Part shown: piece after piece, positions 14,062 to 26,730 of the stretch
Numbering within the stretch: position 1 is the first letter of the stretch
Layout: every line of letters begins with the position of its first letter
DNA from: Octopus vulgaris
Lineage: Eukaryota
Assembly (NCBI GenBank): GCA_951406725.2
Contig: OX597816.1
Location: 12,834,001-12,898,000 of the forward strand
Length of the DNA stretch: 64,000 nt
Direction: 5' to 3'
The notes under the pieces: model-generated
What the model was told of the DNA's origin: nothing
What the model saw: only the letters and a program-made list of their open reading frames with translations
Databases searched by the model: none
Program-made: the position numbers and the translations under genes

Positions 14062-14476
14062 CTGTTTCTTTACTACTCACAAGGGGCTAAACACAGAAGG
14101 GACAAACAAGGATAGACAAACGGATCAAGTCGATTATATCGACCCCAGTGCGTAGCTGGTACCTATTTAATCGACTCCGAAAGGATGAAAGGCAAAGTCG
14201 ACCTCGGCGGAATTTGAACTCAAGACTTAACGGCAGACGAAATACCTATTTCTTTACTACCCACAAGGGGCTAAACACAGAGAGGACAAACAAGGACAGA
14301 CAAACGGATTGAGTCGATTATATCGACCCCAGTGCGTAACTGGTACTTAATTTATCGACCCCGAAAGGATGAAAGGTAAAGTCGACCTCGGCGGAATTTG
14401 AACTCAGAAGACAGCGGCGGACGAAATACCAGAAAGCATTTCGCCCGGCGTGCTAACGTTTCCGCCAGCTCGCCGC
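14062..14476 (-). mobile_element. SINE family A dimer
   Basis: Two tandem bodies, junction acgaaatac|ctatttctttactaccc at ~14245. Confidence 0.9.
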
Positions 14477-14539
14477 ATTCGATGATGTTTTTATATCCTC
14501 CAAGCTCACCTGGGACTACATGGTTTATCTGATATTTAA

Positions 14540-14754
14540 TGTGACGGACAGGAATCATTCCTTACGCAGGTAAAAAAAACGAAAGCTTGTCCGGTACAGT
14601 TATGTATCCTGTCCGAAACCACTCCTAAGGGCACAGTTCAGGGAGTAGAAAGAGCAGCAGGCAAAGAACTGGACAGGTCACGGCTCAGCGAAACTTCTAT
14701 CTATGACAGAGAACAGATGCCAGTGACGGCGGCTGACTCTGGAATCGTCGAAGC
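14540..14754 (+). mobile_element. RTE-clade LINE 3' coding remnant
   Basis: Frameshifted T..KGTVQG.ER..G, WTG...LLSMTENR resembles the RTE C-terminal ILQGTVEG.RRRGR..WTG..L...A.DR..WR pattern. Confidence 0.55.
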
Positions 14755-14762
14755 GTCTAGAG

Positions 14763-16279
14763 CAGTGGTTTCTAAACTTTTTCGGGCTATCACCCCCTTG
14801 ACACGTTCCTAGTGCCCCCATCCCAACTAACCATCACAAACGTAGACCTTTTTCTGAAGCAAATTCAAAGCAACTGTGTTTCACAAATACGAGGGACGTT
14901 CAATAAGTAATGCCCCTGACCCACTTCCCTTAGAAGTAGAGCAACGAAACTTGGCACAGTTATTAGTCTTTTTCTACGTAGGAACCACCCAGAGTTACGC
15001 ATTTTTCCCATCGTTTGATGCGGCTCTGGAGACCGTTTTTGTAGAAGAACCAAGCTTGGTCCTCCAACCTCAACGTGACTTCAGAAATCAAGGCTGCATC
15101 ATCTGGGAAACGCTTTCCTTTCAAAAACAACTTCATGATTGGGAAGAGGTGAAAATCAGAGGGTGCAAGGTCAGGAAAGTAGGGGGGATGGGGAGGAGTT
15201 CATAGCCATACGCCTGTGCTTCTGATCTGGCGACAAGCGAGTTGTGGACCGGAGCGTTGTCCTGCAGGAGGAGGATGCCTTTGCTGATCTTGCCCCACCT
15301 CTTGATTTTGATAACTTCTCTTAATTTCCTCAAAAGTGAAGCATAATAGGCTCCTGCAATTGTGGTAACCTTTGCCAGGAAATCTGTCATCACTACTCCG
15401 TCCTGGTCCCAGAAGACTGTGAGCATGACCTTGCCAGCGGAGGGCTGCACCCTTGCCTTCTTTGGAGGGGGTGAGTCACTTCCACTGCATTGACTGGGCT
15501 TTGGTCTCTGGATCATCGTGATGGACCCAGGTTTCATCCTGTGTAATCAGTCTTTTGAAAAATTTTGACTCATCTTCTTGGCACATCTACAAATTCACCC
15601 TCGAGCACTCGACGCGTTCTTGCTTCTGGAAAGGCGTGAGCAACCTGGGAATCCATCTGGCAGATGAATGATAGTTTCCACAGACCCGGTACTAATCTTG
15701 ACCTCATGGGCTATTTGGCGAATAATTATGCGTCGATCTTCCAAAATGGCAGCCTCAACTTGACGGACAGATGCCTCATGAATGGCAGAAGGGGGCGACC
15801 ATATCTGGGAGCTGTTTCCACAGAGTTCCGACCATGTTTGAATTCCTGATGCCAACGTTTTACAAGGTCATATGATGGGGCATCATCACCATAAGTTACT
15901 TTCATTTCATCAAAAGTCTCCCGTGGTGTGCGTCCTTTCAAATACAAAAACCGGATCACTGCTCGACACTCAACAGGCTCCATTTCACACTTGCCTCGGT
16001 TCAAACACCTGTAAATCCGAAACCACAATTAATTCAGAGCTGTAATTTGCTACTTACTTTATAGAGATAGATTACTTTATATAGCTAGATCAAACAACTG
16101 CAAGTGGGTCAGAGGCATTACTTATTGAACGTCCCTCGTAAAATATAACTTAAAGAAACCCATTATTTTGTTGTTTTTACATGAATCGCTACGCTATTAT
16201 CAGCCCACGTTTCTTCAACACCCCACTGGAACTTTCCACTGCCCCCAGGGGGGAATATCGCCCATTTTGGGAACCGCTG
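14763..16279. mobile_element. hAT (Charlie/MER5-like) MITE hosting the mariner
   Basis: Ends cagtggtttctaaa / tttgggaaccgctg; 8-bp TSD gtctagag (14755-14762) / gcctagag (16280-16287), matching the NTCTAGAN target. Confidence 0.8.
14890..16138 (-). mobile_element. Full-length (1249 bp) mariner transposon with frameshifted DD34D transposase
   Basis: TIRs cgagggacgttcaataagtaatgcc.ctgacccactt at both ends, TA TSD; motifs RAVIRFLYLKG (HTH), ITQDETWVH, SAGKVMLTVFWD, LLQDNAPVH, HPPYFPDLAPSDFHLF. Confidence 0.95.
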
Positions 16280-17039
16280 GCCTAGAGTGTTACTCCAACT
16301 AGTGACTGTATCAGTAGAATGATCTTGATGATGTTAATAATGATTTTGTTGTGCCTATTATATATCGTCTGCTTCCTTCATTTTCATGCTCTAAATTTTG
16401 TTATTTATTTTGGTTTGAGTGGATACATTATATCTAAAGGAGATAATGCATACAATATGAGGCAATATTTAAATTTATTATTATTATCAATTCCAACTAT
16501 TTTGAGAGTGGAAAATTATGAGGCTTGTCTGGTTTGTTTTCACCATCATCATCATCATTATCATCGTCGTCGTCGTTTAATGTCCTTGTGTCCATGCATG
16601 TTGGCATTTTTTGGAGGGTTTGACAGGATCCAGTGGGTCCCAAAATCAATGCCTTGCAAGCTGCAAGGCATGGATTTCAAAGTTGAAGAGAAAAACTTTG
16701 CACAGGTAGAATAATGAGTAGATCAAAGTGAGTTATAAGAGAATAGGCCAGAGGAGAACGGGTTTTCTACGTACATTTCAGAAGAGAGGATGATGGATGG
16801 TATGAATAAATACACGTAGGTTCAGGAAAAGTAGAACTCCTCGTAATCTTTGTAGGATTTTTCGAAATCAAACTGAATATTATACGTAGGAAACATGATT
16901 ATAATGATCAGTTTGTTTGGCTGGTGACAGGGTGAGAGCTTGGCAGCGGTTTAAAGCATCCATGTATTGGAGCATCTGCTCAAAGGAAAAAGAATGAAAG
17001 GTTGTATCAGAAAAATGACAGCAAATTCTGTTTCATACT

Positions 17040-17392
17040 TTCTTCTACTTGACTCAATCATAAGATTGAGGCCATATTCGCACACCGACTAAAGGAACTT
17101 TTAGTCGAATGAATCTACGTCATATATATATATTTTTTAAAACTGGTACACATTGTATCGGTTTTAGGCGAACTGCTAAGTTACGGGGACGTAAACACAC
17201 CAACCATAGTTGTGAAGCGGCGGTGAGAGACTGTCACAAAGATACACACCTGCACAAACGCTCACACGCTCACACGCACACACGCTTACACGCACACACG
17301 CTCACACGCACTCATGCACACACATATGTATGTACATTTTTTATTCTTTTACTCGTTTCACCTATGCAGCTGCGGTCATGCTGGAGCACCAC
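17040..17392 (-). mobile_element. SINE family B tail fragments
   Basis: gctaagttacggggacgtaaacacacc and tgctggagcacc motifs. Confidence 0.75.
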
Positions 17393-17431
17393 CGTGGGTT
17401 TTTGATTTCTTCAGTCTGGGTGTGTTTCACA

Positions 17432-17790
17432 TCAGCACTCCTGTTTGTGCCTTTGTCCCAGCTGTTGATCCATTTGATGAATAAGGGACATTGATTCCGC
17501 TGCCCTCGTCTGCACCTCATGTATGGCTGTTGGGTTATCCAGTATTAAGAAGAAGATATCTAGTTCCTTTTTGAAGGCATCTACTTCCACTTTATGCAGA
17601 TTTTTAAATTTTTGTGGCAGGACATTGAAGAGCTGTGGGCCTAGACTATTACAGTACTTGATTCTGAATGTAGATGAAGTGGATGGTAGCTTTGGTACTA
17701 TACATTGGAGGCCAGTTCTGGCATTTGTACAACACTCAATGCTAAAAGTATGTACTAGACCTTGTAGAGATGTCCACATGTAGATTATTG
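17432..17790 (-). mobile_element. CR1-group LINE ORF2 3' fragment
   Basis: GPQLFNVLPQKFKNL..VDAFKKELDIF...DNP....RAAESMSL is a typical CR1/Crack C-terminus. Confidence 0.75.
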
Positions 17791-17830
17791 CATATCTGTG
17801 ACGCCTTATATATATATATATATATATATA

Positions 17831-18866
17831 CCTCTGGCCGAAATCAGATCGCCATGTTGATTCGTTAGCTACTGCACGCATTTTTTTTCTCTCCTTCTTT
17901 CTGTGTTTTTTTTCTCTCTGTGTATCTTTCTGTTGAAGAGCGTAGGCTCGAAACGTTAAAGACTTGTTTTATTTATATTTCCTGAGCGCCATACTAATAC
18001 AATTGTTCGTTTGTTTTCCACCTGCCTTCGTCTTTTGTTTATTTTCATAAAGCTTCCCGTTATATATATTATGCGCTCACGTGGTCTCACTTTCATCCTA
18101 TATTCTACCAATACCACTATCAACACTTACCTCTACCTTGGATTTTCTTTACCTCTTGGATACTTACCATTGGCTGCACCTCTCTTTCGCGGATCAAAGT
18201 GACTTTGCATTGATGTGAAATCCTTAAAAAATATACCACGACGTCTACACATTTCTCACCTTGAACTTTCAACCTTGAACTTGTTCGCATAAACTGTCCC
18301 GTTTGTTGTATTTTTATTTTCTCTTATATTACCACTTTTTTTTCGCTATCCTTTTTTCTATTTTTTTCATACGATAATTTTTGTTTTTTGTTTTTTTTTT
18401 TGTTTTTTCGAACGTTTTTTTTCTGCTATCCCATCATGCCGGATCCTAGGTCCTACCTCCTCACCCTCCATCACCGTTTGAAGGATCATCTCCGTTCTCT
18501 TCCTGTATATTGCCTTCAGCCGTCCGTTAATCTCTCTCTACTTCTTTTTAAAAAAACCCGCTTCTCTATTATCAACCCTATTATCAACCCTATTATCTCC
18601 CCTTATTTCGCTCTCGCGTCTCATGTTTGATCTTTGACCTCTGGCCGAAATCAGATCGCCATGTTGATTCGTTAGCTACTGCACGCATTTTTTTTCTCTC
18701 CTTCTTTCTGTGTTTTTCTCTCTCTGTGTATCTTTCTGTTGAAGAGCGTAGGCTCGAAAAGTTAAAGACTTGTTTTATTTATATTTCCTGAGCGCCATAC
18801 TAATACAATTGTTCGTTTGTTTTCCACCTGCCTTCGTCTTTTGTTTATTTTCATAAAGCTTCCCGT
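17831..18866 (+). mobile_element. PLE-derived, retrozyme-like unit: two ~230-bp direct repeats, each with a hammerhead-like motif, around a ~570-bp spacer
   Basis: 17831-18061 is nearly identical to 18638-18866; tcttt CTGTTGA agagcgtaggctc GAAA(c/a)g tt aaaga at 17925-17962 and 18731-18768; flanked by (TA)n. Confidence 0.75.
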
Positions 18867-18923
<57 letters not shown>

Positions 18924-19424
18924 AGTATACTGTTCTGTGATGGTAAGATCAACAAATATTCCATTTGGTGAGAGATGGTTATCACTTTATAAACACAATA
19001 TATGATTTTATGTACTACTATTAGTTTCGTGTAATGGGAGCATGCCAAAGAGTGTTCTTAACATGTCTGGTGTCCTAGCTCAAACTTCGGGCACTGATCA
19101 CAAGATCTAAGATATTGAACTCACAAATGCCATGTTCACCTCTTTCTAAGAATCGAGGGACATCTGCGTGAAAAGGATTGGCGAATTTTTGACTTGTTGT
19201 GTAGAGGCCAATTCCGCCGGTGGGAATAGTTCTCCACAATAGAAAGCGTAGTATTGTATTCGGTCGATCATTCGCTTCTCTTCAGCTCAATATATTAAAG
19301 AACATAATTCAATGGCTTTATGAATCCTTGTGTGTTGGTTTCTGCTTTTAAACTATTCTAGTGATTCGTTGTTTAGCTGCAGGACATTCGTGATCAAGCG
19401 GATCTGATGATTCTAATGACGGCC

Positions 19425-19687
19425 GTGGCGGTGGTGGCGATGGTGGTGCTGTGGTAGTGATGGTAGTAGTAGTAGTAATAGTAATGGTGGCGGTGATGGT
19501 GGTATTGGTGGTATTAGTGGTGATAGTGGCAATGACTGGTAATGTTTGTATTGTCGTACAACTGAGGGAAGATTTTGGAGTTCATAGATATAGGGCAAAC
19601 TTGATGATAATGATGATGATGACGACGACGAAAACGATGACGATGATGATGATGACGGGGATGATGATGATGATAATGATGATGATA

Positions 19688-19754
<67 letters not shown>

Positions 19755-19910
19755 CGACTAAGATGACGATGATGATGATGACGACGATGATGACGACGAT
19801 GATGATGATGATGATAATGATGATGATGAGGATGATGACGAGAAGGAGGATAATGATGGCAAGGATAAGAATGACAATGATGATAACTACGACGACGGAG
19901 ACGAAGGTAA
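19425..19910. repeat. (GGT)n/(GAT)n trinucleotide repeat field
   Basis: Direct reading; source of the poly-M/poly-I ORFs. Confidence 0.95.
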
Positions 19911-19989
19911 GGATAACTATTAAATGTATACGCATGTTGTAATACTATTTTTATACACGTAGTATTTTATAAACGCTTGCTAATATATA

Positions 19990-20200
19990 AGGTGGCGAGC
20001 TGACAGAATTGTAACCGCGCAGGGCAAAATTCGTAGTGGCATTTATCCGTCTTTACGTACTGAGTTCAAGTGCCACCTAAAGGTCCACTTTGCCTGTCAT
20101 TTTCTCTAGGTCGATAAGTACAAATGAAATAATTGGATCGATGTCATGAACGTTGCCCCCTCCTCTGAAGTCTCTGGCCTTGTGCCAAAATTTGAAACGA
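19990..20200 (+). mobile_element. Older SINE family A copy
   Basis: ggtggcgagctgacagaattg head, gagttcaag B box, ctggccttgtgccaaaatttgaaac tail. Confidence 0.8.
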
Positions 20201-20301
20201 ATATATATATAATAATTACATATATACTTGGTAACACATACAATACGCACAAATGCAGAGATGTATTAAATATACACATTTTGTAAAATATATAATATTT
20301 G

Positions 20302-20718
20302 AGGGCGGAGAGCAGGCAGAATCGTTAGGACGCCGGGCGAAATGCTTAGTGCTATTTCGTCTGCCGTTAAGTCCTGAGTTCAAATTCCGCCGAGGTTGAC
20401 TTTGTCTTTCATCCTTTCGCGGTATATTAAATAAGTACCAGTTACACACTGGGATCGATATAATCGACTTAATCCGTTCGTCTGTCCTTGTTTGTCCTCT
20501 CTGTGCTTAGCCCCTTGTGGGTAGTAAAGAAATAGGTATTTCGTCTGCCGTTACGTTCGGAGTTCAAATTCCGGCGAGGTCGACTTTGCCTTTCATCCTT
20601 TCGGGGTCGATTAAATAAGTTCCATTGACGCACTGGGGTCGATGTAATCTACTTTATCTCTTTGTCTGTCCTTTTTTGTCCTCTACGTTCAGCTCCCTTG
20701 TGTGAAATAAAGAAATAA
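20302..20718 (+). mobile_element. SINE family A dimer
   Basis: Junction gtagtaaagaaatag|gtatttcgtctgcc at ~20535. Confidence 0.9.
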
Positions 20719-21485
20719 ATATATATAATATATTTACACACGTAATCTATAATATATATATGTATGTGCGTGTTTGTATGTATATATATATATATATATG
20801 TATATATTGGCAGGGCTTACTGCTAGGGAGTCGGCCGATGCTAGAAATAGACCATCAACGATCACCAGTATATATATATATATATATATACGTTGTAATA
20901 TATAGAAATATATTCATCTTGTAATACAGTTTCCCAGTTGAATATCGTTGTTGTTCCCTGTGTTTTCTTCTTGTTGATGTTAATGTCTTTATAAATCCAT
21001 ACAAGATGTTCCTTGTATGGTTGCATTCACAAAAGCATTGATTGCTTCTGACTGTTTAGCAGTACACTGTCTGTAATAATTATTCATTTGTAAATGAGTA
21101 GTTTAAAACCACATATTTGTATACATGCAAGTACAAACGTGGACACATACAAACACGCATGCAGTTACACACACGTACGTAGGTACATGCTTAGATAAGC
21201 GCACAAACACACACACACACACACACATACACACAAATGTGTATGTAAGTATAGATGAATACATTTATACATACTTAAATTCATGCAAGCATACGTGCCG
21301 GTATATATGTGTGGGAGGTTATAGAACGGCAGACCAACAAAAGGTTGTAAACAAACAAATATGTTTACGTTTCGTTTTACCTTATTACACATCTACAGAC
21401 AAATAAATACACACACACGCTCATACACATGCATATATGGATGTATACCAATGCATATATGTATATATGTATATATGTATATATG

Positions 21486-21518
<33 letters not shown>

Positions 21519-21666
21519 GCATTCATGTATAGATATATAGACAGATATGCATATATATATGTGTACACATATATATACATAGATAGATAGAGAGAGAGAA
21601 AGAGTGGGTATATATATGTCTATATATAGGTGAATATATATGTACACAAACACACAAATATATATG

Positions 21667-21728
<62 letters not shown>

Positions 21729-21954
21729 AAAAAGGAGATGTGGACACGAGTTGTGATATATAAAAAAAGGAAATGAAGAAAATGCTGGCAAAATAATTTA
21801 AGTAAGGGAGAGTGTATTTAATTAGGAGAAAGTTCTTTTTACCGGTTGCGCATTTGTTATGCTTATCAAAAGATATTTGAGATAGAGTTCCTTTCTGATT
21901 GATCTTTTTCTCTTATCTGACTTTATGTTGGGTTTGCTGTCTCTTATATGTGAA

Positions 21955-22180
21955 AAAAGAGGCTCCAGAGTTGTTTAAGATTTGCTTGGTTTCGCGCCTA
22001 AATTTTCTTGTGGACAATGGTCAATACAATTTTGATTGGTCATTATAAAATGGTCACGTGAATGTTTGAATGGAAGTTGGTGTTGGGGTAAGAAAATAGG
22101 CTCCAGAGATGTTAAAATTTGACTGGTATCGCGCCTAAAATTTCTTATTGGTCATAATAAAGAGGTCACGTGAATGTGGT
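21955..22180. repeat. Two imperfect direct repeats (aggctccagag...tcgcgcctaaa...ggtcacgtgaatgt)
   Basis: Copies at ~21960-22065 and ~22098-22177. Confidence 0.7.
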
Positions 22181-22776
22181 CATAATATATATATATATAT
22201 ATATATATATAAACGTTTAAATATTTGTTGTGCAAGATTTTTTATGTGAAGTCGTGTGTTGAAACAGATATTGTTATATTTCGGAATGGTCATATTGCCA
22301 GTTTAGCCAATAAAAACACACGCACTATATATTTGGTGTTATTTTGCTTCAGTGATATTTATTTTTTACATTAATCTTAATCTTATTTCGGCCAAAGTTC
22401 TTTCGTCACACTCCTGTGACCGCATCGGTGGTCCTTTGTTTTCTTCTCACTTATTTGTGTCTCTCCTTACTAACCGTCAGCCATTTTGTATTTCTATTGT
22501 ATGTCTTCATTTGCGCATGCTTATATCTCTATGCGCGTCTATGTTTATTTAGTGTGTGTGTGTGGGAGGGATGCCTGTAATATTTGTATCTTCTGTTTAT
22601 ATACATTCTTGTAATTTGTATTTTGTTTTTGTTGTTGTTGCTTTTGTTCCAATTTTGTTCGTGTGTTTACATCCACCCATTATTATCATTACATATGCTT
22701 GTATGTATAACAACAATATTAGTAATAATAATAATAAATCTAATCGAAAAAAACATATATATATATATATAAACAT

Positions 22777-23297
22777 ATGACAGGCCTCGACTGCATGACA
22801 GGTCTCGACTATTGGGGTCGACTAGAAAAGCTAAAATTTTATTCTCTCCAACGTCGTCGTGAGCGCTACATCATCTGCATGATGTGGAAAATATTCCATC
22901 AGCATTGCCCAAATGATGTTGGCATCACCTTTAAGGTACATCCAAGGCTTGGGCCCCGTGCCATCCGCCCAAAACAAAAATCGCACTCTCATCTCATAAC
23001 AACAATACGGCACAATTATTTCACCTCAATTGACCCCGCTCTCTTTAACATTACACCAAAACACATTAAAACAGAAACTGACCCTATAGGGTTCAAGAAG
23101 TCTTTGGACAGATTCCTTCAAGAAATCCCGGATAAACCCCCTACACCCGGATATGTCTCTGTAAACAATAACTCTCTACTTGAGTGGGCCATAGTGCCCA
23201 AATTCTGACTTGAAAGACTTCACCAGGTGGTGCTATTAAGTTAGACATGGCCTGGGCCAATAATGGCCGAAACCTATCAAAGTATCAAAGTATCAAA
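22777..23297 (+). mobile_element. CR1-group LINE 3' end with (TATCAAAG)n tail, inserted in the PLE left arm
   Basis: LDYWGRLEKLKFYSLQRRRERY...LFNITP..FKKSLDRFLQEIPDKP; tail tatcaaag x3; absent from the right arm. Confidence 0.88.
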
Positions 23298-23325
23298 GTA
23301 TATATACATATACACATATATACAC

Positions 23326-23402
<77 letters not shown>

Positions 23403-23812
23403 CATACATAGATATATATACATATATATAGTTATTCATTTCTATTTGTTTATTTATCTGTGTATTTATTATGTTTTCAGGATCCTCTATCGTCATATTT
23501 TGTGGTGTGTGCTATTGCTCCATTCTAGTTTTCTATTCAGGCTAGGTTTATTTTCTATTATATGTGTAGCTTCTGTAATTTGTCTAATTGTTGCAGCTAT
23601 TCTATGTGTGGACAATATCTTAATCTCTATGTTATTGATTGACCCCCGTGTTCCTGTTCGGCGTGTTGGTACAGAATCGATGAGCTTTTACCTTCCTTGA
23701 GTTGTCTCCAATGTCATTCACCCGCTCTCCTATGCTTCTTGCTGTTTCTCCTACGTATGTTACTGTCTTGTTACTGCATCTTCCCTCTATACATCATATA
23801 CTATAGACTACA

Positions 23813-24910
23813 GATAGAGAGTAATGTTGATATAGTAATAGAAACTAATACTATGGAGAGCATCCAGCAAATAGCTAACTCCATCCACCAGAGTATTAAG
23901 GTCACAATAGACTACCCCACTAAGCACCCCAACCATAGACTACCAGTACTAGACACTGAACTCTGGCTAGAAATTGTGAAAAATAAAACCCAAATCCTTC
24001 ATTCATACTATGCAAAACCTATGGCCTCAAAATACCTGATCCACCGGAACTCAGCCATTGCGGGCAATGCCAAATTCAATATTTTGATGGCAGACCTCGT
24101 CAGAATAATGAGAAATGTGTCACGCATGTGCGAACCTACAGAATTAAAGAGACACATACAGTATTTCATTCACCGCATGCAGTTCTCAGGTTACAGCCAT
24201 AAAGAAAGGATCAGAGTATACAAAGGAGTCATGAAGAAATTTGATAATATATTATGTAATGATAGGAATGGGATTTGCCCAATCTATAGGAACAAGTCAT
24301 GGAACACTATAGAAAGGACAAAAAAGAAAATAGGGAAGGCCAACTCTTGGTATGATAGCCATAAATACCAGAGTGTCATGTTCGTTGACACCACCCCTGC
24401 AGGTGAACTGGCGTACCGCTTTAGAAGGACCCTAGATAAACTTAAATTAAGAATTAAGGTTGTTGAAAAGCCAAGCAACCCTATCAAATCTATAATTGGT
24501 AGAACCTATTCTTTTAGTAGAACCCTCTGTACGGATAACTATTGCACTGTATGTAGATTTAGCCCACAAACAAACTGTAAAGCCAGAAATGTAGTCTACA
24601 GTATAAGATGTATAGAGGGAAGATGCAGTAACAAGACAGTAACATACGTAGGGGAAACAGCAAGAAGCATAGGAGAGCGGGTGAATGACATTGGAGACAA
24701 CTCAAGGAAGGTAAAAGCTCATCGATTCTGTACCAACACGCCGAACAGGAACACGGGGGATCAATCAATAACATAGAGATTAAGATATTGTCCACACATA
24801 GAACAGATGCAACAATTAGACAAATTACAGAAGCTACACATATAATAGAAAATAAACCTAGCCTGAATAGAAAACTAGAATGGAGCAATAGCACACACCA
24901 CAACATATGA
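23813..24910 (+). pseudogene. PLE RT C-terminus plus GIY-YIG endonuclease (possibly Nematis-like), with one frameshift
   Basis: [65 protein letters not shown]; after the frameshift [27 protein letters not shown]. Confidence 0.9.
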
Positions 24911-25006
24911 CGATAGAGGATCCAGAAAACATAATAAATACACAGATAAATAAGCAAATAGAAATAAATAACTATATATATGTATATATATCTATGTATG
25001 TATATG

Positions 25007-25065
<59 letters not shown>

Positions 25066-25434
25066 GTGTATATATGTGTGTATATGTATATATATGTATA
25101 TATATATGTATATTTTTTTTCGATTAGATTTATTATTATTATTACTAATATTGTTGTTATACATATATACAAGCATATGTAATGATAATAATGGGTGGAT
25201 GTAAACACATGAACAAAATTGGAACAAAAGCAACAACAGCAAAAACAAAATACAAATTACAAGAATGTATATAAACAGAAGATACAAATATTACAGGCAC
25301 CCCCCCACATACACTAAATAAACATAGATGCACATAGAGATATAAGCATGCGCAAATGAAGACATACAATAGAAATACAAAATAGCTGACGGTTAGTAAG
25401 GAGAGACACAAATAAGTGAGAAGAAAACAAAGGA

Positions 25435-25474
25435 CCACTGATGCGGTCACAGGAGTGTGACGAAAGAAATTTGG
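25435..25474 (+). ncRNA. Variant hammerhead-like motif in the PLE terminal repeat (mirror copy at ~22392-22431 on the minus strand)
   Basis: cca CTGATGC g GTCACA ggag TGTGAC GAAA gaaat ttgg; core A9 replaced by C. Confidence 0.5.
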
Positions 25475-25594
25475 CCGAAATAAGATTAAGATTAATGTAA
25501 AAAATAAATATCACTGAAGCAAAATAACATCAAACATATAGTGCGTGTGTTTTTATTGGCTAAACTGGCAATATGACCATTCCGAAATATAACA

Positions 25595-25655
<61 letters not shown>

Positions 25656-25747
25656 GCGTAAACGAAACATGTAATGTAGATAATTCTACAGCTCATTCTT
25701 AAAAAATCTTCCTGATGCGTAGATGAATATGATGTGAAAGCGCCCTA

Positions 25748-25831
<84 letters not shown>

Positions 25832-25840
25832 TATTATTAT

Positions 25841-26135
25841 TCAGTAGTTTTATTTTTATAGCGTGCTTTCACTTCACTACCGAGCGCAGCTCTGTGTGCC
25901 TTGGGTATGTGCTGTGATTTGTTGTGATGCTCTGATGGTTATTGTATGGAAAGTGTTCTGCGTAGGATGTGTGCAGTGCCTAGTAGTGCAATTTTCTGTA
26001 TGTTATATGTGTTTGTAAGTCCTGGTGTTTTTGTTATGTATTTGTCTGAATATTTTTTTATCATGCCTAATGCACCTACTATGATAGGAATTGTTTCTGT
26101 TTTCAGGTTCCACATTCTAGTTACCTCTATTTCCA
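25841..26135 (-). mobile_element. R4/Dong LINE 3' end embedded in (TAA)n
   Basis: EIEVTRMWNLKTETIPIIVGALG...IQKIALLGTAHILRRTL is an RLE C-terminus; (TAA)n on both sides. Confidence 0.88.
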
Positions 26136-26144
26136 TTATTATTA

Positions 26145-26211
<67 letters not shown>

Positions 26212-26215
<4 letters not shown>

Positions 26216-26729
26216 TGAGAGAGCAGAGCATGCCATCAAACTGACACTGGGGTAAAATATACGAAGCCCAGTATACCCATCATGACTACCCGTCTGATAC
26301 GAGTACACCAGGCATATGCATCACAAACGTATGTGTGCGACATGGTGATCTCATATCAAGATAAACAGCAAATGACTTTGAAGGTGGGGCCCAGTTAGAA
26401 TTTTCTTCAGGTTGAGTAGCCCATCCTGCTCAAGATGGTTGTTTTAGGATGTTGAACGAAACACCCATGTTTCCAAAGGTGAATTATCCAAACCTCCAAG
26501 AATCCCTTTCAACACATGAATATGATGCTCCCCCACTACTTCTGCTCGTGATCAGAGATGCACATATCATCAGCCACTAAGGGACATGCTCAACTGGTTG
26601 AGGTCAAACAATTGACAAGCAAATCTGTGGTATTGAGCAGAATATTTGCTGTAGCCCATCTTTTATACCAAGACAAAACAATGTACATGACAATACTTTC
26701 AATCAGTTACTGGTACTGCATCAGGGCAT
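26212..26729 (-). mobile_element. ~520-bp interspersed element ending in actgaa(taa)n
   Basis: Complex sequence sharply bounded by microsatellites; same terminal actgaataataa as the adjacent Dong end. Confidence 0.5.
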
Positions 26730-26730
26730 A

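Larger units (their letters stand above)
22215..25597 (+). mobile_element. 5'-truncated Penelope-like element with a ~1-kb inverted duplication of its 3' end
   Basis: 22268-22770 and 23300-23812 are the reverse complement of 24590-25597; RT thumb and GIY-YIG in the centre; (TA)n at both ends. Confidence 0.9.

Noticed and set aside
16640-17040. Possible CR1/Jockey 3' remnant
   Set aside because: No unambiguous motif
23697-23812. N-terminus of the 359-aa ORF
   Set aside because: Antisense read of the inverted PLE arm, not part of the protein
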